Made by a program: the position numbers and the translations under genes. Shown in pieces: positions 59,149 to 64,000 of a DNA stretch of 64,000 bases (positions are counted from its first letter, which is position 1; every line of letters starts with the position of its first letter). The DNA is taken from positions 2,863 through 66,862 of the forward strand of contig JAUYKG010000016.1 in NCBI GenBank assembly GCA_030700105.1, given 5' to 3'. The notes below the pieces were generated by a model. The model was not told the origin of the DNA. It worked only from the letters and a program-made list of their open reading frames with translations, and made no database searches. The DNA comes from Candidatus Veblenbacteria bacterium. GTDB taxonomy: Bacteria > Patescibacteriota > Patescibacteriia > Veblenbacterales > UBA10138.

Positions 59149-59877
59149 ATGCCACAAATACCATCGTTAGTAGACATGCTGAAGGCGGGTATGCACTTTG
59201 GGCATCAAACGTCCAAATGGCACCCTAAGATGAAGCAATTCATTTATACTTCCCGCCACGGCATTCATATTCTCGATCTCGAGAAAACCAGCATCGAGCT
59301 CACCCGCGCCCTTACCTTTATTCGTGAAATAGTGGCGGCGGGCGGGCAGGTGCTCTTTACCAGCCTTAAAAAGCAGGCCGACGGCGCCGTGCGCGAAGCG
59401 GCCGAGACCACCAACATGCCCTACATTGTGGAGCGGTGGCTTGGCGGCGTGTTCACCAACTGGGGCGTTATTGGTAAGCTTATACAACGTTTGGAAAAAC
59501 TGGAGGCAGATAAGACTCGCGGCGTGTGGGCCCAGTACACCAAGAAGGAACAAATTGAACTGCAGAAGGATTTGGATAAGCTGATGCTTACCGTAGGTGG
59601 CATTCGCACCATGACCAAGCTTCCGGAGGTGGTGTTCTTAGTGGGCGTGCGTGAGGGCAAGAACGCCATTCGCGAGGCGCGCAAGGTTGGCGTGCCTGTG
59701 GTTGGCTTTATTGATACCGATACTAACCCTGGCCTTATTCAGTACACCATACCAGGCAACGACGACGCTCTGCGCTCAATTCAAATGGTGGTTAGTTTGG
59801 TTACGGAGGCTGTGCGTGAAGGGCAACAGGCTGCTCTGGCTAATGCTGCAGCCTCTGCCCCTACTCCGAGCGCATAA
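59149..59877 (+). CDS. rpsB: 30S ribosomal protein S2.
   Basis: 'MLKAGMHFGHQTSKWHPKM'. An RBS AAAGGAG lies 8 nt upstream. Confidence 0.9.
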   Translation: MPQIPSLVDMLKAGMHFGHQTSKWHPKMKQFIYTSRHGIHILDLEKTSIELTRALTFIREIVAAGGQVLFTSLKKQADGAVREAAETTNMPYIVERWLGGVFTNWGVIGKLIQRLEKLEADKTRGVWAQYTKKEQIELQKDLDKLMLTVGGIRTMTKLPEVVFLVGVREGKNAIREARKVGVPVVGFIDTDTNPGLIQYTIPGNDDALRSIQMVVSLVTEAVREGQQAALANAAASAPTPSA

Positions 59878-59890
59878 GTTACTAAACTAT

Positions 59891-60481
59891 ATGGTGAATG
59901 TTAATGATATTCAAAAACTGCGGGAGCACACCGGCGCCGGTATGATGGACGCCAAAATGGCTCTGCAGGACGCAGGCGGTGATTTGGATAAAGCGGTTGT
60001 CTTCTTGCGGCAGCGGGGCACTAAAGTGGCGGCCGCCAAAGGCGAGCGTGCTACCGGAGAAGGTTTGGTGGAGGCGTATGTACACCTGGGGGGCAAACTG
60101 GGCGTGCTAGTGGAAGTGGCGTGCGAAACCGATTTCGTTGCCCGCACCGACAAATTTAAGGAGCTGGCGCACGATTTGGCCATGCAGGTGGCCGCGGCCA
60201 ATCCGTTGTACCTTACTCCCGCGGACGTGCCAGCCGAAGTTATTGAGCGCGAAAAGGGCGTGTACCGGGAACAGCTGAAGAGTGAGCACAAGGAAGGCTC
60301 GATGGTGGAGAAGATCCTCGAGGGCAAGCTCGCCAAGTTCTTTGCTGAAACGTGCCTTATGCAGCAGCAGTTTTTTAAGAACGACAAGCAAACTGTAACC
60401 GAAGTGGTAACGGCAGCTGTGGCCGCGCTGGGAGAGAACATTAAGGTAAAGCGTTTCGTTCGCTTTGCGCTTGGTAATTAG
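59891..60481 (+). CDS. tsf: Elongation factor Ts.
   Basis: 'IQKLREHTGAGMMDAKMALQDAGGDLDKAV' and 'EVACETDFVARTD'. Confidence 0.9.
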   Translation: MVNVNDIQKLREHTGAGMMDAKMALQDAGGDLDKAVVFLRQRGTKVAAAKGERATGEGLVEAYVHLGGKLGVLVEVACETDFVARTDKFKELAHDLAMQVAAANPLYLTPADVPAEVIEREKGVYREQLKSEHKEGSMVEKILEGKLAKFFAETCLMQQQFFKNDKQTVTEVVTAAVAALGENIKVKRFVRFALGN

Positions 60482-60494
60482 AACAGCTGCGCCC

Positions 60495-61205
60495 GTGAGT
60501 ACGTTGCGTTACCAGCGGGTGCTCGTAAAACTCTCAGGTGAGGCTTTTGGCGGAGATGGCGGTGGCATTGAACCCGCGCGACTCCGTTTGATTGCGGACG
60601 AGGTGCGTTCCTTGTGTAAGCTCGGCGTGGAGGTGGCTATTGATGTGGGCGGGGGAAATATATGGCGCAAAAGAAACCAAGGCAAGGGATTGCCGCAGGC
60701 AGCGGCCGATTATTTGGGCCTATTAGGCACAGTTATGAATAGTTACATGCTGAGGGCTGCCTTAATTCAGGCTAAGGTTCCGTGCTTGCTTCAATCTCCA
60801 CTCGCCACCGACCTGCCTGGAGTATCGAAAGTTGACGTGGTGACTGTTCGCGGTGCTTTAAGACGTAAGGAAATTGTAATTTTTGGCGGTGGTACAGGCC
60901 GTATAAACTTCACTACCGATACAGCGGCGGCCGAGCACGCGGTTCAGATAAAAGCAGACGTCGTTATTAAGACCGGACCAGCGGACGGCGTGTATACAGC
61001 TGACCCTAAAAAAGTGCGCTCCGCAAAAAAATTCACCGAACTCACCATAGCCCAGGCTTTGCGCTTGCACTTGGGTGTAATGGATAAAGAGGCCCTTGCC
61101 TTGTGCTTAAAAAATAATTTGCCGATTATCGTTTGTCGCTGGCAAAAAGGGGTGTTGGCTCGGGTGGTGCGGGGTGAAGGGGTTGGTACTCTGGTACAGC
61201 CTTAA
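60495..61205 (+). CDS. pyrH: UMP kinase.
   Basis: 'RVLVKLSGEAFGG' and 'IVIFGGGTG'. A GTG start at 60495 is likely; the ORF track starts at 60465. Confidence 0.85.
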   Translation: MSTLRYQRVLVKLSGEAFGGDGGGIEPARLRLIADEVRSLCKLGVEVAIDVGGGNIWRKRNQGKGLPQAAADYLGLLGTVMNSYMLRAALIQAKVPCLLQSPLATDLPGVSKVDVVTVRGALRRKEIVIFGGGTGRINFTTDTAAAEHAVQIKADVVIKTGPADGVYTADPKKVRSAKKFTELTIAQALRLHLGVMDKEALALCLKNNLPIIVCRWQKGVLARVVRGEGVGTLVQP

Positions 61206-61305
61206 GGCTCTTTAGTTAGTGTCATTTTACCAATGACGCTTCGCCGCCAGATGAGGTGGCAATAGAGTAAAAGATAACGATGAAAGCAATAAGATACGCA
61301 TGATT

Positions 61306-61345
61306 GGTGGGTTGGGTTTGAAATATAGCCCAACCGCCTTTTTAT
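61306..61345 (+). terminator. Intrinsic terminator after pyrH.
   Basis: Stem GGTGGGTTGGG / CCCAACCGCC followed by TTTTTATTTT. Confidence 0.55.
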
Positions 61346-62249
61346 TTTCTGTGGATTATTAAACCTACCTTGGCTAGGGTTAGCCTTTATAAATAACTTT
61401 AATTTTGCACAGTTTATTCACGTTACCATCGCTTGACCCCGCTGACGCTAGTACGTAGAATGAACCTTACCGTCGTTTGGCACCTTTACTCCAATAGGTC
61501 GGTGGTCTAGAAAACCATCACTAAGTGGCAGTCTAAAAAACTGTCAAATAGGTTAGATGAGCTGGTTCAGCTGATCGTAACGCCCAATTGGGTACTTGGC
61601 GCCGACGACATACGGCAAAAAGCAAAAATGCTATATGAGCCGTGTTTGATAAGGAGGGGGTGAACACCTTCCCAGACTTAAGTGATCCGTTAGGATCGCA
61701 ATTAAAAAACCGTCATTCGCACCTTCCCAGGAGCAACTCAATAGAAGATTAAGAGTCTCTAAGCGCCCGCGCAGAGACTAGTTCTCTCCATGAGTTAGGC
61801 GTCGCGAATACGCCACGCATTGGCTTTAGCGAAAGCTTTCAACCAAAGCAACTCCATGGTAATCTTTACCAACACCACATAAGATGGTTTGTCCAGAGGC
61901 CCCGAGGGGTCTTAATCTACCTAAGGTGGATACAAGTACAGCGTGTTGCGATGCGCTGACACAGGTTTGGACAGTGGTCCATTTTGATGATTTTCCACCG
62001 TTGGTGGGTTCTCTTCGCGAGATCATCATCTGAAATGGATGTAAAGAAAGGTTTTCCCAGCCTGAAAAACTGGGATAAAAATTCGTTTGACAGCAGGTCA
62101 GTCCACTCCCTACTTCAGGGGGAAACAAATAACGTGTCAATAAAATGGCACAGTAAGGTTACTCCGAGTTTGGAGAAAGGATTGTATCCTGCTTCAAGCG
62201 GATTAAAAGAAATATTTAAAGAACGCTTCGTGTTGTTGAAGTGGTACGT

Positions 62250-62283
62250 AAGGCTCCCATTAATGGTGAGCCTTGTTTTTTTT
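62250..62283 (+). terminator. Strong hairpin with a T9 tract (intrinsic terminator) inside the pyrH–gap noncoding gap.
   Basis: AAGGCTCCCAT-TA-ATGGTGAGCCTT, an ~10-bp stem with a 1-nt bulge, followed by GTTTTTTTTT. Confidence 0.5.
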
Positions 62284-62334
62284 ATCCCGTTTTCGCGCTA
62301 TACTGATTAGTGCTGAATATTAGCCTTTAGTTCT

Positions 62335-63360
62335 ATGAAACCAACCAAGACAACCCAACCTGTGCGCGTAGCTATTAACGGTTTTGGCCGCATTGGCCGT
62401 GCCGCTTTCAAGGTGGCGCTCACTAAGCCCAACGTGAAGGTGGTGGCAATCAATGACGTCATTACTCCTGAGGTGGCGGCTTACCTGTTAAAGTATGATA
62501 CGGTTTTTGGTCAGTATGCGGCCCAGGTGTCCTCTGACGCCAAGAATCTCATTGTGGACGGAGTTAAGTACCCTATACTGAATGAGCGTGAGCCAGCTAA
62601 GTTGCCCTGGAAAAAGCTCAACGTTGATGTAGCGCTTGAGTGCACGGGCCGTTTCGTAAAAAAGCAGGACGTAGTCATGCACATCAAGGCTGGGGCTAAG
62701 AAGGTTATCCTGTCCGCGCCAGTCAAGGGTGGGGGAGTGCCAACGTATATTTTGGGGGTGAACGCGGGTGACAAGCAGAAGATGGAGGGGAGCATTTTTT
62801 CCAACGCTTCGTGTACCACGAACTGCATTAGTCCTATCGCGGCCGTTATTCAATCTGCCTTTGGTGTTGAAAAAGCCATGATGACTACGGTGCACAGCTA
62901 TACGGCCGACCAGAATCTGGTGGATGGTCCGCACAAGGATTTGCGCCGTGCCCGCGCCGCGGCCCAAAACATAGTGCCCACCACTACTGGTGCGGCCATT
63001 GCCACTGCCGAAACTATTCCCGAGCTTAAGGGTATATTCGACGGCATGGCCATTCGTGTGCCTACGGCCTGCGTTTCGCTGTCCGATTTTACCTTTGTGC
63101 TTAAGCGCAAAAAGGTTACCAAAGCCCAGGTGAATTCCACCTTACGGCGGGCCGCCGGGAGCAAGCGATACAAGGGTATTCTGCAAGTTACGAACAAGCC
63201 GCTCGTTTCCTCGGACTTTATTGGCAATCCTGCTTCTGCCATTGCCGACCTTTCGCTTACGCAGGTAGTAGGCGGGAATATGGTGAAGGTGGTAGCCTGG
63301 TACGATAATGAGTGGGGTTATGCCAACCGTTTGGTGGAAATGACGGAATTGGTTGCTTAG
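62335..63360 (+). CDS. gap: Glyceraldehyde-3-phosphate dehydrogenase.
   Basis: 'VAINGFGRIGR' and the active site 'SNASCTTNC'. Confidence 0.95.
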   Translation: MKPTKTTQPVRVAINGFGRIGRAAFKVALTKPNVKVVAINDVITPEVAAYLLKYDTVFGQYAAQVSSDAKNLIVDGVKYPILNEREPAKLPWKKLNVDVALECTGRFVKKQDVVMHIKAGAKKVILSAPVKGGGVPTYILGVNAGDKQKMEGSIFSNASCTTNCISPIAAVIQSAFGVEKAMMTTVHSYTADQNLVDGPHKDLRRARAAAQNIVPTTTGAAIATAETIPELKGIFDGMAIRVPTACVSLSDFTFVLKRKKVTKAQVNSTLRRAAGSKRYKGILQVTNKPLVSSDFIGNPASAIADLSLTQVVGGNMVKVVAWYDNEWGYANRLVEMTELVA

Positions 63361-63379
63361 AATTTTACCCAGTAATCAT

Positions 63380-63412
63380 ACGAGCCCTCTTGAGTTGGGC
63401 TCGTATTTTGTT
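63380..63412 (+). terminator. Intrinsic terminator after gap.
   Basis: An 8-bp stem (ACGAGCCC / GGGCTCGT) followed by ATTTTGTT. Confidence 0.5.
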
Positions 63413-63437
63413 CTGCCTTATCGTATACTAAACCCAT

Positions 63438-64000
63438 ATGTCCATGAGGCTCATACGGGAGGCAAAAAAATTAGCAGGTAAGTTCGTGTTGGTGCGCGTG
63501 GACGCTAACGTGCCTATGCAAGGAAAGCGGGTGGTGGACGATACCAGGCTGCGGGAGATTATCCCTACGCTGCGGTTCCTGCAGCGTCAGGGTGCTCGAG
63601 TTATCTTAATATCGCATCTCGGGCGGCCAGGCGGAAAAGCCGTTCCGGTTTTGTCCTTAAAGCCCGTAGGCTGGCATTTGGGCAAGCTTTTGCGGCAACC
63701 AGTGAAGGTACTGCCGCTGTCTATGAAGCCAGAGGCTATTCGTAAGGAGGCGACAACGGGACTCGTTTTACTGGAGAACATACGTTTTGATAAAGGTGAA
63801 GATGCGAACAGCCTTGCCTTGGCGCGCATTTTGGCGCGTTTGGGGCAGGTGTATGTTAATGAGGCGTTTTCTTTCTCGCACCGAGGTACTGCTTCTATGG
63901 TTGGTTTGCCGCGCAAGTTGCCAGCTTACGCCGGGTTTCAGCTTGTGCATGAAGTCGCCGCGCTGGAACGTGTAAGTAAAATTGGCAAAAAACCGGTGGT
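63438..64000 (+). CDS. pgk: Phosphoglycerate kinase, 3'-truncated by the window edge.
   Basis: 'VLVRVDANVPM...VDDTRLREIIPTLRFLQRQGARVILISHLGRPGG'. It has no ORF-track entry because no stop falls within the window. Confidence 0.85.
   Translation, partial: MSMRLIREAKKLAGKFVLVRVDANVPMQGKRVVDDTRLREIIPTLRFLQRQGARVILISHLGRPGGKAVPVLSLKPVGWHLGKLLRQPVKVLPLSMKPEAIRKEATTGLVLLENIRFDKGEDANSLALARILARLGQVYVNEAFSFSHRGTASMVGLPRKLPAYAGFQLVHEVAALERVSKIGKKPV

Noticed and set aside
59911-60441. 176-aa minus-strand ORF antisense to tsf.
   Set aside because: EF-Ts is clearly encoded on the plus strand. The antisense product is S/A/C-rich with no motifs.
61826-62310. Two ORFs (104 aa on the minus strand, 108 aa on the plus strand) as protein-coding genes in the pyrH–gap gap.
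   Set aside because: They overlap each other. Neither has a Shine-Dalgarno sequence. The plus-strand ORF reads through a strong terminator hairpin and T-tract. They are kept only as a possible small protein or ncRNA in the findings.
61350-62334. tmRNA, RNase P RNA, SRP RNA or an rRNA fragment in the 1.1-kb gap.
   Set aside because: I found none of the diagnostic conserved strings on either strand. There is no tRNA-like 3' end with a T-loop, no RNase P P4 motifs, and no SRP domain IV AGGAAGCAGCC-like symmetric loop. This remains unverified without a covariance-model search.
63587-63975. Minus-strand ORFs of 109 and 60 aa, plus a 62-aa plus-strand ORF, near the window end.
   Set aside because: They lie inside the phosphoglycerate kinase reading frame (start 63438), which has a canonical N-terminal PGK sequence. 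pgk lacks an ORF-track entry only because its stop is beyond the window.

Overview
This 64-kb window is a compact, gene-dense bacterial chromosome segment, mostly on the + strand, with roughly mid-50s % GC and AT-richer intergenic regions. It has a T-box leader, a Ctc-type L25 and a four-helix-bundle 'IVS-type' protein. That content suggests a small-genome, monoderm-like lineage, possibly CPR/Patescibacteria, but this is inference only.

From start to end the window contains:
- **Surface-protein cluster (first ~15 kb).** It opens with a 5'-truncated giant secreted protein (>2278 aa in this window) made of three DUF2341-like + LamG-like modules and beta-helix-like repeats, and a small four-helix-bundle protein gene. 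Two paralogous proteins follow, each with an N-terminal signal peptide and a C-terminal TM anchor (DUF916/DUF3324, CscA-like architecture). A 424-aa secreted protein shares the giant protein's C-terminal domain. Last come a protein ending in two dockerin-like repeats and two cohesin-like membrane proteins.
- **Housekeeping block.** A complete F1Fo ATP synthase operon (atpZ-like, then atpB-E-F-H-A-G-D-C) sits behind a perfect consensus sigma70 promoter. It is followed by a UvrD-like helicase–nuclease with a DciA-like (DUF721) small gene, pheS–pheT, gyrB, and a stand-alone B12-binding radical SAM enzyme bracketed by intrinsic terminators. Next come secE-nusG-rplK-rplA.
- **Thymidylate/dNTP cluster.** dcd, an NMP-kinase-like gene, dut, a purine nucleoside phosphorylase (PNP) family gene, thyA, folA and tmk lie together.
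- **Remaining genes.** gatB, miaA, an orphan single-domain response regulator, thrS behind a candidate T-box riboswitch, dnaE, ftsW/rodA, rplY, prmC–prfA–rpmE, and rpsB–tsf–pyrH. After pyrH there is a 1.1-kb ORF-poor gap where frr would be expected, then gap and the 5' part of pgk.

I recognised no tRNA, rRNA, CRISPR array, transposase or integrase. All functional calls rest on recognisable protein motifs read from the six-frame translations. No database search was possible.
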